A stretch of DNA of 61,055 bases, the filler included. It is 5 parts of 5 records of this genome, joined end to end, with 100 filler letters (N's around TTAATTAATTAA, not from the genome) between each part and the next. Parts side by side here need not be neighbours in the genome. Positions count along the whole stretch, not along the records: positions 20,264 to 38,504 come from SRR31156797_8150; positions 38,605 to 49,231 come from SRR31156797_8158; 3 more parts are not named here. The stretch is one strand, 5' to 3'. A model generated the notes under the pieces. The model saw nothing but the letters and a program-made list of their open reading frames with translations, made no database searches and had not been told where the DNA came from. The translations under genes and the position numbers were made by a program. Shown one piece after another: positions 30,452 to 38,622 of the stretch. The number at the start of each line of letters is the position of its first letter. The stretch's first letter is position 1.

Positions 30452-31493
30452 GTCCATTTCGGACTGGAATCAAGTAGGGAAAGTCCCGAGGATTCCAACC
30501 GATGCATATAGACTCGATAAAGCCCTTGGTGGAGGACTTCCTGAGGGCCGTGTTATTGAAGTGTTTGGTCCTGAGAGCTCGGGTAAGACATCACTTGCCC
30601 TGTTTCTTGCAGGCGTCTACCAGAAAAATGGATTCAATACGGCATACATAGACCAAGAGCATGCTATAGATCCTCAGTATTCATTATCCTTTGGGTACGA
30701 CCCCACCAAATCAATTTTTTCACAGCCTGACTATGCTGAGCAGGCCCTTGACATTGCAATAGACCTTGCATCCTCGGGTCAGATCCGTTTGATTTGCCTC
30801 GACAGTGTGGCCGCACTGTCTCCGCGAGCAGAAGTGGAAGGAGAGATGGGGGATGCACAGATTGGGCTTGTGGCGCGGCTTATGAGTAAGTTCATGAGGA
30901 AAATCACTCCAATCCTGCGGCAGAACAACTGTACTCTCATCCTAATCAACCAGACTCGGGTCAAGATTGGCGGCTGGTCTCCCACTGGTGCCGCTCCGGA
31001 GGACACCACAGGAGGAAAGGCCATCAAGTTCTTTGCCTCAATCCGATGCAAGGTGACTCGTGGTGACGGCATCCTGAGCGGAAAAGACACCATCGGTATG
31101 ATTTCCAAGATCAAAATGGTTAAGAACAAGACCGCTCCTCCATTCCAGACCGCAGAGATGAAGATAATCTTTGGTCAAGGATATCAAGTCGAGGCCGATT
31201 GGGTGGATGCCTGTATCGATTTCGACATAATCAAGAAGGGCGGTGCATGGTTCTCCATTCCCGATACCGAGTTCAAGTTCCAAGGCCGAGAGAAATTAGA
31301 AGCGTTCCTATATGACCGGCTGGACGTTTTTGAGCCCCTCAAGCTTCAAGCGAAAGACCTACTGGCCGGGAATGTCGCAGAGCATGAAGTCGATGGTGAT
31401 GACCTCCCTGAAGACCTCCCTTCTGACGAAGAGCTCCTGATCCTGACCCCCGAAGACCTGAAGGAAATGGCCGCAGACGCGGCTGAGGACTGA
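30381..31493 (+). CDS. recA: RecA recombinase (phage-encoded)
   Basis: 'GPESSGKT', 'DSVAAL', 'ARLMS', 'INQTR', 'GGKAIKF', 'KNKTAPPF'; TTG start after GAGG. Confidence 0.95.
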   Translation: MAKNKKTLSGLEALQADLQKKYGESISDWNQVGKVPRIPTDAYRLDKALGGGLPEGRVIEVFGPESSGKTSLALFLAGVYQKNGFNTAYIDQEHAIDPQYSLSFGYDPTKSIFSQPDYAEQALDIAIDLASSGQIRLICLDSVAALSPRAEVEGEMGDAQIGLVARLMSKFMRKITPILRQNNCTLILINQTRVKIGGWSPTGAAPEDTTGGKAIKFFASIRCKVTRGDGILSGKDTIGMISKIKMVKNKTAPPFQTAEMKIIFGQGYQVEADWVDACIDFDIIKKGGAWFSIPDTEFKFQGREKLEAFLYDRLDVFEPLKLQAKDLLAGNVAEHEVDGDDLPEDLPSDEELLILTPEDLKEMAADAAED

Positions 31494-31512
31494 GCCGTTA
31501 AAGCCATATTGC

Positions 31513-31551
31513 AAAAAGGAGAGGTTTTTTCCGAAAAATCTCTCCTTTTTT
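31513..31551. terminator. Terminator hairpin overlapping a degenerate phage promoter
   Basis: aaaaaggagaggttttt-tccg-aaaaatctctccttttt; TTTTCCGAAAAA at 31527-31538 and TACTT at 31554-31558. Confidence 0.7.
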
Positions 31552-31587
31552 GGTACTTACCTTACATATCACTCAACGGAGGAATTC

Positions 31588-31731
31588 ATGAGTAATTCTA
31601 ACATCACAGTTAATGGAAAGAAGGTCAGCAAGGCTGAGCTTTCCAAGATCAGAGAAGAGACCAAGACACAGAAGGGTGTGAAGCTGGTGGAGGTCTCTCC
31701 AAACAATTTCAAAAAGCAAATAAAGGGGTGA
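31588..31731 (+). CDS. Small basic phage protein (47 aa)
   Basis: Missing from the ORF track; GGAGG SD; MSNSNITVNGKKVSKAELSKIREETKTQKGVKLVEVSPNNFKKQIKG. Confidence 0.7.
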   Translation: MSNSNITVNGKKVSKAELSKIREETKTQKGVKLVEVSPNNFKKQIKG

Positions 31732-31733
31732 GA

Positions 31734-32081
31734 ATGAGTCAACAAATTGATATGAATGATCATTCAAAGAGGCTTAGCTCGATTGCAGACCTCTCCATTC
31801 TTCAAGCGAAGGAGCTACTGGAGGCACAGGCGATCACCGCCGTCATGGACTGCATCGAGACCGACTCCATTGCCATCCCGCTCATCGGTACTCTACACAT
31901 AAAGCACACCGACGACATCACGGATGCTGAAGGGAAGAAGGCCATTCTAGAATGTAACTTTGAACCGGATCCCTTCCTGCGGAAGTCTATAGGGCAGGCC
32001 GCTGATGGAGTGGCTACAGAAGCAGATGAGCTCTATCGGAAAAAGACTGAATCCCAGCTCATGAAATCCATAGGAGATTAA
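31734..32081 (+). CDS. HU/IHF-like DNA-binding protein (divergent, acidic)
   Basis: Two N-terminal helices, 'SIAIPLIGTLHI', 'FEPDPFLRKSI' resemble HU 'V.I.GFG.F' and 'F.P...LK..V'. Confidence 0.5.
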   Translation: MSQQIDMNDHSKRLSSIADLSILQAKELLEAQAITAVMDCIETDSIAIPLIGTLHIKHTDDITDAEGKKAILECNFEPDPFLRKSIGQAADGVATEADELYRKKTESQLMKSIGD

Positions 32082-32087
32082 GCTTTG

Positions 32088-32783
32088 ATGGATGAATTTC
32101 TGTTGAGGTTTGATCAAGAGCTCGGTCAAGAAGTATCAGTCCCAAACCCAGAGTTTGAAGCAGAGAAAGAACGAGTTCACCGGGAGAAAGCATACACCAC
32201 TGCTGGAATCCCGGAGAGCCGGTTCAACCTCTCCTTTGACTCTTATATCGGGGAAAAGTCTAAGGGGAACCTTAAATCTCTGGAGTTCTTTATTACGAAC
32301 TTCGAAAAGGCCTGTCGCTCTAAAGCAAACCTGTACTTCTGGGGAGGAAACTCAACTCAAAAGAGTAGTGTCGCTACAGTTATGGGAATGCGGTTGATCG
32401 ACGCCGGGCATTCTGTACGGTTTATCACGTTCTCGGAACTAACAGATCACCTCCAGAACGAGCAGTTTAATGAAGACTCACGAGACCTGATAAACAACCT
32501 TTATAAAGTCGAACTTCTAATTGTGGATGATGCCTTTGATCTGAAAAAGACCAAGATGTACAAATCTGGGCACCAAATCCCTTTTCTGGACTCTTTCTTT
32601 CGACGGAAACTGGAGACCACCAACACCCTGACACTATTTACAAGTAACACCCGCTTGGAAGATTTAGAGGCGCAGTTCAACACCGATATCAATCACCTCC
32701 TCCGGCGAAATGTCCGTGCTCTCCACTTCCAAGATGATGTGAACTATTTCGAGATAGACAACGACTTCTGGAGTGAAGAGTAA
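32088..32783 (+). CDS. DnaC/IstB-like AAA+ helicase loader
   Basis: 'GIP......SFD', degenerate Walker A 'GGNSTQKS', Walker B 'LLIVDD', 'TSN'; directly upstream of DnaB. Confidence 0.75.
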   Translation: MDEFLLRFDQELGQEVSVPNPEFEAEKERVHREKAYTTAGIPESRFNLSFDSYIGEKSKGNLKSLEFFITNFEKACRSKANLYFWGGNSTQKSSVATVMGMRLIDAGHSVRFITFSELTDHLQNEQFNEDSRDLINNLYKVELLIVDDAFDLKKTKMYKSGHQIPFLDSFFRRKLETTNTLTLFTSNTRLEDLEAQFNTDINHLLRRNVRALHFQDDVNYFEIDNDFWSEE

Positions 32784-34172
32784 ATGGTAAAAACTGAAAT
32801 AATTGTCAAAGAGCAACTTTTGTTAGCTTGCCTGCTGAACAGTCGGGACCCATACCTGTCCCTGTCCGTAGAGAACTGTTTTTCGGAACCATTGTCTCAA
32901 GCAATTTTCTATGGAATTCAGTCTACGGCAAAGGCCGGTCTTGGGATGCTCCCTGACAACATTTTAAAGTATGCAGTTAAAAAACATTCGTCTGTAACTC
33001 GGACAACGATTGAACGGCTGATTGAAAAGCCCCATGACCTCAATGGTTTTGAACTCTATTACGAAGACTGCCGGAAGACCTATGCCCAGTCACAGATACA
33101 AGACCACATCCTAAAGGACGCTCTTGTGGAGGCCTCAAGCAAAGATGGCCTAAGTATTGAGGGTATGGAAGCGATAGTCCGGAAGATCCAAGACAATCTA
33201 GAGGTAGTACGCGGGTCTGGAACAAAAATCCTGTCTGGTAGAAAGCTGGCAGAGGCACAGAATGAGCGATATCAACTCCGAAAGGAAGGGCATGCCAAGT
33301 ATACCACCGGAGACGCCTTTCTTGATAAGCAGCTAATTACGGGGTGTGCCCCGGGCGAGATATCAACGATCTTTGGTGCATCTGGATCTGGCAAATCTGC
33401 AAAAGTCATGAACAACTTCTCTGGGCTAATCAACAAACGGGTCCCCTGTGCGTTATTCACATTGGAGATGTCTGCGGAAGCGTCTCTTGACCGACTCACA
33501 TCAATCCGGTCTGGTCTCCCCATGGAGAAGTTCTATAAGGCACAAGAGGATGACGGATATGACCTCTTTTTCTACGAGGAGGCTCGCCGAATCCAGAGCC
33601 TGCTTGCACAGAAAGATCATTTCCGGGTTATCGACGATCCGAGTATCAGCATGTCCACTCTGGAAAACTATGTGATACAGCTACAGCGGATCTTTAGGTC
33701 AAAATATGTTATGTGCATTATCGACCTTGGGACAATGCTGAAAGAGCTCTCCTCAGGGAAGCCACAAGAAATTGAATACGGTATGAACATTCTGAGTGAG
33801 GTGGCAAAACGCACTGGTGTGCATTTCATGCTTGTAGTGCAGGCCAGTCGTTCTGCCGACTCCGCAAACGTAACCTGTATTGACCATCTGGATCGTCTCC
33901 GCCCAACACAGAACGATATCAAGAACTCAGCGGCGATCTATGAGAGATCCCGTCTGGTTATCTCCACATTCAGACCGAAGTTCTATGCCATGCGTATCTT
34001 TGGTAAGGACGATGAAGAAGTACAATATATGAAGGATATCATGGAGATTACAATCCAGAAGCAGAGTAACGGTGCGGTCGGCCAGCGGCTTCAGTATATC
34101 TACCATGCACCCACATTCCGCTGTCTCCCCTACCGAGAGGAGCCTGTTCCTATAATTGAGGAAGCCGCATGA
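32784..34172 (+). CDS. dnaB: DnaB-like replicative helicase
   Basis: 'TG...LD....G', 'GASGSGKS', 'LEMS', 'Q.SR', 'D.K.S.AI'. Confidence 0.85.
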   Translation: MVKTEIIVKEQLLLACLLNSRDPYLSLSVENCFSEPLSQAIFYGIQSTAKAGLGMLPDNILKYAVKKHSSVTRTTIERLIEKPHDLNGFELYYEDCRKTYAQSQIQDHILKDALVEASSKDGLSIEGMEAIVRKIQDNLEVVRGSGTKILSGRKLAEAQNERYQLRKEGHAKYTTGDAFLDKQLITGCAPGEISTIFGASGSGKSAKVMNNFSGLINKRVPCALFTLEMSAEASLDRLTSIRSGLPMEKFYKAQEDDGYDLFFYEEARRIQSLLAQKDHFRVIDDPSISMSTLENYVIQLQRIFRSKYVMCIIDLGTMLKELSSGKPQEIEYGMNILSEVAKRTGVHFMLVVQASRSADSANVTCIDHLDRLRPTQNDIKNSAAIYERSRLVISTFRPKFYAMRIFGKDDEEVQYMKDIMEITIQKQSNGAVGQRLQYIYHAPTFRCLPYREEPVPIIEEAA

Positions 34173-34507
34173 TAGTTGATGATGTCCTTTCACAGATTCA
34201 GAGAAATCTACTGAACCCCCCGTCCCAACAAACCGGAATCATCGTCCTTGAAAGGAGTGTGAATGCCGCAGAGCGTGTGCAACACCAGCTACTACAGAGG
34301 GTTGTTGAACATGGCTTATCTGGACATGTGCGGAATCAGAAGCCTTGCATGCTCTTCTTCCCACATTTCACAATCTTCTTTTCTGCCTCCAAGACCCCTC
34401 TCCCTGAGGGGGATTTGGAGGGCTGTAAAGGAACCGAGTTCATGTATCAGTTGGATGGCCTGTTTAAGACGGGTCAGAACTGGATTCTTTTTGACGGCGC
34501 TCCTTGA
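34169..34507 (+). CDS. Phage hypothetical protein
   Basis: ATGA start/stop overlap with dnaB. Confidence 0.55.
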   Translation: MIVDDVLSQIQRNLLNPPSQQTGIIVLERSVNAAERVQHQLLQRVVEHGLSGHVRNQKPCMLFFPHFTIFFSASKTPLPEGDLEGCKGTEFMYQLDGLFKTGQNWILFDGAP

Positions 34508-34715
34508 ATTTCTTCGGTTCCCACTGGATCAACCAACGAATCCCTTTCAATGCCCATACCAAGAGCTGGAGGGGTAAGTAAATCCACCAGCAGAAGAATA
34601 CAGCCACACTTGACTCAAGATCCCTCTTTTTGTTCAAAAAAGAATAATGGATCTTAGCCATTACCAAGCCACATAAAAGATAAAACAACAACGCAAATAT
34701 TATTCCGTATTCCAT
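34464..34715 (-). CDS. Small membrane protein (2 TM, basic C-terminal tail)
   Basis: Two hydrophobic segments; GACTAT-N6-ATG. Confidence 0.6.
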   Translation of the reverse strand: MEYGIIFALLFYLLCGLVMAKIHYSFLNKKRDLESSVAVFFCWWIYLPLQLLVWALKGIRWLIQWEPKKFKERRQKESSSDPS

Positions 34716-34721
34716 GGGTTT

Positions 34722-34770
34722 ATAGTCCTCCCCCCGGATTTCTCTAAAAAATCAGATTTAGGCCTACTAG
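34722..34770. promoter_or_regulatory. Phage promoter motif copy 5 overlapping a divergent promoter
   Basis: Plus strand: CTCTAA 34742-34747, TACTAG 34765-34770, ATG at 34777. Minus strand: TTTTTA-N17-GACTAT-N6-ATG (34715). Confidence 0.7.
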
Positions 34771-34776
34771 GAAGAC

Positions 34777-36663
34777 ATGAACAACTACCAAAACCCTCCC
34801 TTTCTGCTAATCCAAATCGAAGGAAATTACGGGGTGAAAATCCAATACCCGCAGGTCCCACAAGAAGATCGGGAGGATCTTTCTGAACTCATGCAGTCCT
34901 ACCGTGGGAAGTTTCATGAAACCCATAAGAAGTATCCGGGATGGACCTTCTTCTACAGGGTTCCTCAGGAGTTCATAGGTGCCTGTATAACGGCCCTTTA
35001 CGGCTTCTTTGATATCCCGATGCCACTGGAGCACAGACACTTCATACAGAACTTCACAGAGACAGACCGCGTCCGAGCCCTTGTGCATCGAGATCTACTG
35101 AAATATCCTCCGAAAGGCGATTTCCAGCTTGACTCAATTCAGCGGGGTGTACAAAGCAATGCACTGATATGGTTTCTGGAAATGGGAATGGGGAAGTCCT
35201 ATATCTCAATCTCCACCCTCAATCACCGCCGCACTCATGATGGTGTAGATAAGATCCTCATCCTGTGTCCGCCTGAAGGGGTTTACAACTACCAAGCAGA
35301 GCTGATCAGGTTCAGTGTTCCGATGATCACCGAGGATGACATCTATATAGTAACCCCAGAAAATCGAGAACCCTTCGCTCCAGATCAAACCCGGCCTGTC
35401 GTCATATGTACCTATCGCCGTTTCCTGATGATCTGCGAAGATGAATACAAAAGGACCCGGAAGAAATCAGTCCCCGAGTCACGGTTCATACATAACCCGA
35501 TATTTGATCTCTCAAAGTGGGGCACCAACCGGGCTCTGATCATGGATGAAATGCACTTCCTCCGGAACAAAGAGAGCAAACAAACTGCACTTACCTTTGT
35601 GCATGCCAAATTCTTCCAGTTCCGATACGGGCTCACCGGAACACTTATCCCGAAAGGCCCCGAGAACCTCTGGACTCAAATGCGAATCATCGACCGCTAT
35701 GCCATCGGGATGCCTTTTCAGGCCTATGTGGATGAGATCGCTTTTAAAGGCAATATGTATAGTGAATCCGCAATCACAGAGTACAAGCCTGAAGGGGTGG
35801 ACAAGTGGAATCGCAAGCTCTCTCCATGGATCGACAAGAAGCTGGCAAAAGATTACCTGAACCTTCCCCCTCTGGTGGCTGAGAAAATCCTCTGTGAGCC
35901 CTCTGCTCGCCAGCAAGAGTTATACAGGGGTTTAGCCCAGTCTGAGTTCAGCAGGATCAGAGAGAAAGCAGGAGGAACCCTCGATGTCGCTGAAGTTGAG
36001 CAGGTGTTCCCCTACCTGCTCTTGGCCCTTGATGATCCGTCCCTTTTACGCGGAAAGATCACCGGCAAGAACAAGGCACTAGAACGGATGTGCAACAACT
36101 GGAAGTTCAAGGACCATGGGAAAATCGATATCTGTGAATCCCTGATTGAGAAGCATGTAAAAACTCTGGAGCAGAAAATGATTGTGTGGTCCGGGCACCC
36201 CTCTACGTTGGATTCACTGGCTAAACATTTCTCCAAGTATGGGGTAAAGGCTATGCATGGGGAGACAGTTGCTCCCTACGGGGATCAGATCCAGTTCCGT
36301 GCCGATGTGATCCGAGAGTTTGAAGACCCTACCTCTGACCTGAAAATTCTCTTTCTCAGTTATCTGGCGTTCTCGACGGCCATCACTCTGCTACAGGCCA
36401 AGGCCACAATATGGTTCGATCTACCGACCTCATACGAACATTTTGCTCAGGCACGTAAGCGTAACCACCGCATAGGACAGGAGGATATCGTAACCTGCTA
36501 TGACTTAGTTTTCAGGAACTCTCTACAGGAATTCAACTACAATTCCTTGGTATATGGGAAGGGTCTTCGGAACGAGCTGATGTTCAAGAACACCGACACT
36601 CCGCTGACCAAGGAAGACTGGCGGAATATTCTGACCGGGAAGTACGTGTCTAAATACCAGTAA
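34777..36663 (+). CDS. SNF2/DEAD-like superfamily 2 helicase
   Basis: 'EMGMGKS', 'DEMH', 'LTGT', 'Q...RNHRIGQ'. Confidence 0.9.
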   Translation: MNNYQNPPFLLIQIEGNYGVKIQYPQVPQEDREDLSELMQSYRGKFHETHKKYPGWTFFYRVPQEFIGACITALYGFFDIPMPLEHRHFIQNFTETDRVRALVHRDLLKYPPKGDFQLDSIQRGVQSNALIWFLEMGMGKSYISISTLNHRRTHDGVDKILILCPPEGVYNYQAELIRFSVPMITEDDIYIVTPENREPFAPDQTRPVVICTYRRFLMICEDEYKRTRKKSVPESRFIHNPIFDLSKWGTNRALIMDEMHFLRNKESKQTALTFVHAKFFQFRYGLTGTLIPKGPENLWTQMRIIDRYAIGMPFQAYVDEIAFKGNMYSESAITEYKPEGVDKWNRKLSPWIDKKLAKDYLNLPPLVAEKILCEPSARQQELYRGLAQSEFSRIREKAGGTLDVAEVEQVFPYLLLALDDPSLLRGKITGKNKALERMCNNWKFKDHGKIDICESLIEKHVKTLEQKMIVWSGHPSTLDSLAKHFSKYGVKAMHGETVAPYGDQIQFRADVIREFEDPTSDLKILFLSYLAFSTAITLLQAKATIWFDLPTSYEHFAQARKRNHRIGQEDIVTCYDLVFRNSLQEFNYNSLVYGKGLRNELMFKNTDTPLTKEDWRNILTGKYVSKYQ

Positions 36664-36710
36664 TTTCTCTAAAAACAGCTCCTTCGGGATACTTATCCTT
36701 CGAAGGAGTT
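36664..36710 (+). promoter_or_regulatory. Phage promoter motif copy 6 with SD-sequestering hairpin
   Basis: CTCTAA 36667-36672, TACTT 36690-36694; ctccttcg (36679-36686) pairs with cgaaggag (36701-36708), loop ACTT. Confidence 0.8.
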
Positions 36711-36714
36711 GAAC

Positions 36715-37752
36715 ATGAATTCACGAGAGAGAATCTCCCGTAGACTACTCATTTCCCATAATGACCTTGATGGATGCTGTGGAGGTCTCCTTGGAGAGCT
36801 TCTAAATCAATCACCACAGGTCGCATTTGACAAGAAGTTCCAGAGAGTGCTTCTCCTTGACTACGATTTCGAAAAGGATGAATCCCTGTGGAACTCAATC
36901 CTTTTCTATGATGAAATTATCATTGTTGATCTATCTCTTCCTGAGCCCTTTTTGAAGGAGCTCCTCGATGCCAAAAAAAAGGTAACGATTTACGATCACC
37001 ACGCCTCATCTGAATATCTGAAAGAATATAGCGAGCTAGGCATTCATGATGAATCCCGCTGTGGATCACTTATATTCTTAGAGGAGTACATTGTCCCGGC
37101 CATGAGTGTCGTCCCGATGCCTTGGTACCACATGGTGAAGCTGGTGGACACCTATGATCGTTGGCAGGATGACACCATCTACTGGGAAGATGCACTTATC
37201 CTGAACCGATGCCTCTACCGAATGAAGGACTACTCCATCTTAGCGGATAGCCGAGCGGCTTATCAGGAGTGGTTTGACTTCTATAAGCAAAAGTTGACAC
37301 GTCTAGAAACATGGAAATGGATGAGAAAAGAGCTGGAGCTCAATGGGCGCGGGGTAAAGCGGGAGAATGAGATTTACCAGCAGGCCCTTGAAGAAATCGA
37401 AGTCCGGGTAGACACACAAGGGAATGCCTTTGGAGTTGTTTCGATGTCGGGCGGAGTGTCCCTCTGTGCACGTCGGCTCCTCGATTCGGATTATGGACAC
37501 CTTGCCTATGTGATCATCATCAATACCTACGAGGATGAGCTGGGGAAGTTGTCAATCAGATCCCATAAAGAGGGATTTGATGTGACTACACTTGCCCCCT
37601 TCGGAGGTCACCCAGCGTCTGGAGGCACCCGAGTATCATCAGAGATTGTGAACTTCTTTTTCAATAACCCGAATACATGCTTCCTGCCATGGGAGGAAGT
37701 CGGACAAAACGAAGATGGCACCCCCAAAATGTCTCCCCTCGCCATTTTGTAA
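36715..37752 (+). CDS. DHH/DHHA1 phosphoesterase (NrnB/oligoribonuclease-like)
   Basis: 'SHNDLDG', 'VDLS', 'DHH', 'DTYDRW', 'GGHP.SGG'; ATG after AAGGAG. Confidence 0.85.
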   Translation: MNSRERISRRLLISHNDLDGCCGGLLGELLNQSPQVAFDKKFQRVLLLDYDFEKDESLWNSILFYDEIIIVDLSLPEPFLKELLDAKKKVTIYDHHASSEYLKEYSELGIHDESRCGSLIFLEEYIVPAMSVVPMPWYHMVKLVDTYDRWQDDTIYWEDALILNRCLYRMKDYSILADSRAAYQEWFDFYKQKLTRLETWKWMRKELELNGRGVKRENEIYQQALEEIEVRVDTQGNAFGVVSMSGGVSLCARRLLDSDYGHLAYVIIINTYEDELGKLSIRSHKEGFDVTTLAPFGGHPASGGTRVSSEIVNFFFNNPNTCFLPWEEVGQNEDGTPKMSPLAIL

Positions 37753-37769
37753 CTATGGAGAAAAGACCC

Positions 37770-38504
37770 ATGGAGACGAATAATATGACCAAAAGACTGA
37801 GAGACTGGATTCAGGAGGAGCTGGACTCCGGAACTCCTATGGAGGAGCTGAAGTCTTATTACAAATATCAGGACTTCACCGGGCTGACTGGGGATAGTAT
37901 GCAGTACTCTTCCTACGAGCGGCGGCTGAGAAGCTTTAAAAACACTGACAGAGTTTATGATCCGCAGGATGCAGGGCAATCGGATGTTCTGGATGAGTCT
38001 GAGCAAAGCAGTGAGGATAGTATGGAGATGTTCAAGGATACTCTCCAAGAGGATGCCCGGATGCTTCACATCCGTTCCGCTACGATCCGCACTGTAGAAG
38101 ACCTGCTGGACTTTGCAGACATCGATACCGATGAATGGGAAGTTGTCAATAAAGAGGCGAATGTCTGGGGTGGTGCAGATTCTGGGTTCTATCAAGTCAA
38201 AGCTAAGCTCAAAAAGAGAAAGCCCGAAGACCTGACCCCTGAGGATTATGCAAAGATTTTTGATGATCTGGTATCCGAATTCAAAGATAAGTTCCCCAAG
38301 ACTAAGTTCAAACCCAAGTGGCGGTTCACGAAGAGGGGTTCCAATAATGCTCTGGAAATTGCACTAGTAGACCATCACTTTGATCTGCACAGTTTCAGGG
38401 ACATCCGTTCTGCCGAAGAGCGCATTGGATGCTTCATTGCAACGGTACAGGAAATCATCCGGAAAGCGAAGCCTTATGGTATACAGAAAGTTTTCTTCAT
38501 TGTC
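37770..38504 (+). CDS. Putative calcineurin-like metallophosphoesterase, N-terminal part (3' truncated)
   Basis: 'ALEIALVDHHF' DxH motif near the contig edge; start uncertain (37755, 37770 or 37785). Confidence 0.5.
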
Positions 38505-38622
38505 NNNNNNNNNNNNNNNNNNNNNNNNNNNNNNNNNNNNNNNNNNNNTTAATTAATTAANNNNNNNNNNNNNNNNNNNNNNNNNNNNNNNNNNNNNNNN
38601 NNNNCAAGCAAAGTACGCTTAA

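Larger units (their letters stand above)
20264..38504. mobile_element. Large tailed bacteriophage contig (probably myovirus), tail/baseplate plus replication module
   Basis: Dense, mostly co-oriented ORFs; baseplate-like genes next to RecA, DnaB, DnaC, 5'-3' exonuclease, resolvase, SNF2; no cellular housekeeping context. Confidence 0.9.

Noticed and set aside
34464-34715. Holin call for the small 2-TM phage protein
   Set aside because: No endolysin or lysis context is visible, so it is left as a membrane protein of unknown function.
20264-38504. Alternative genetic code (stop-codon recoding) in the phage
   Set aside because: Conserved genes are full length under code 11, and TAA, TAG and TGA all end genes at sensible boundaries.
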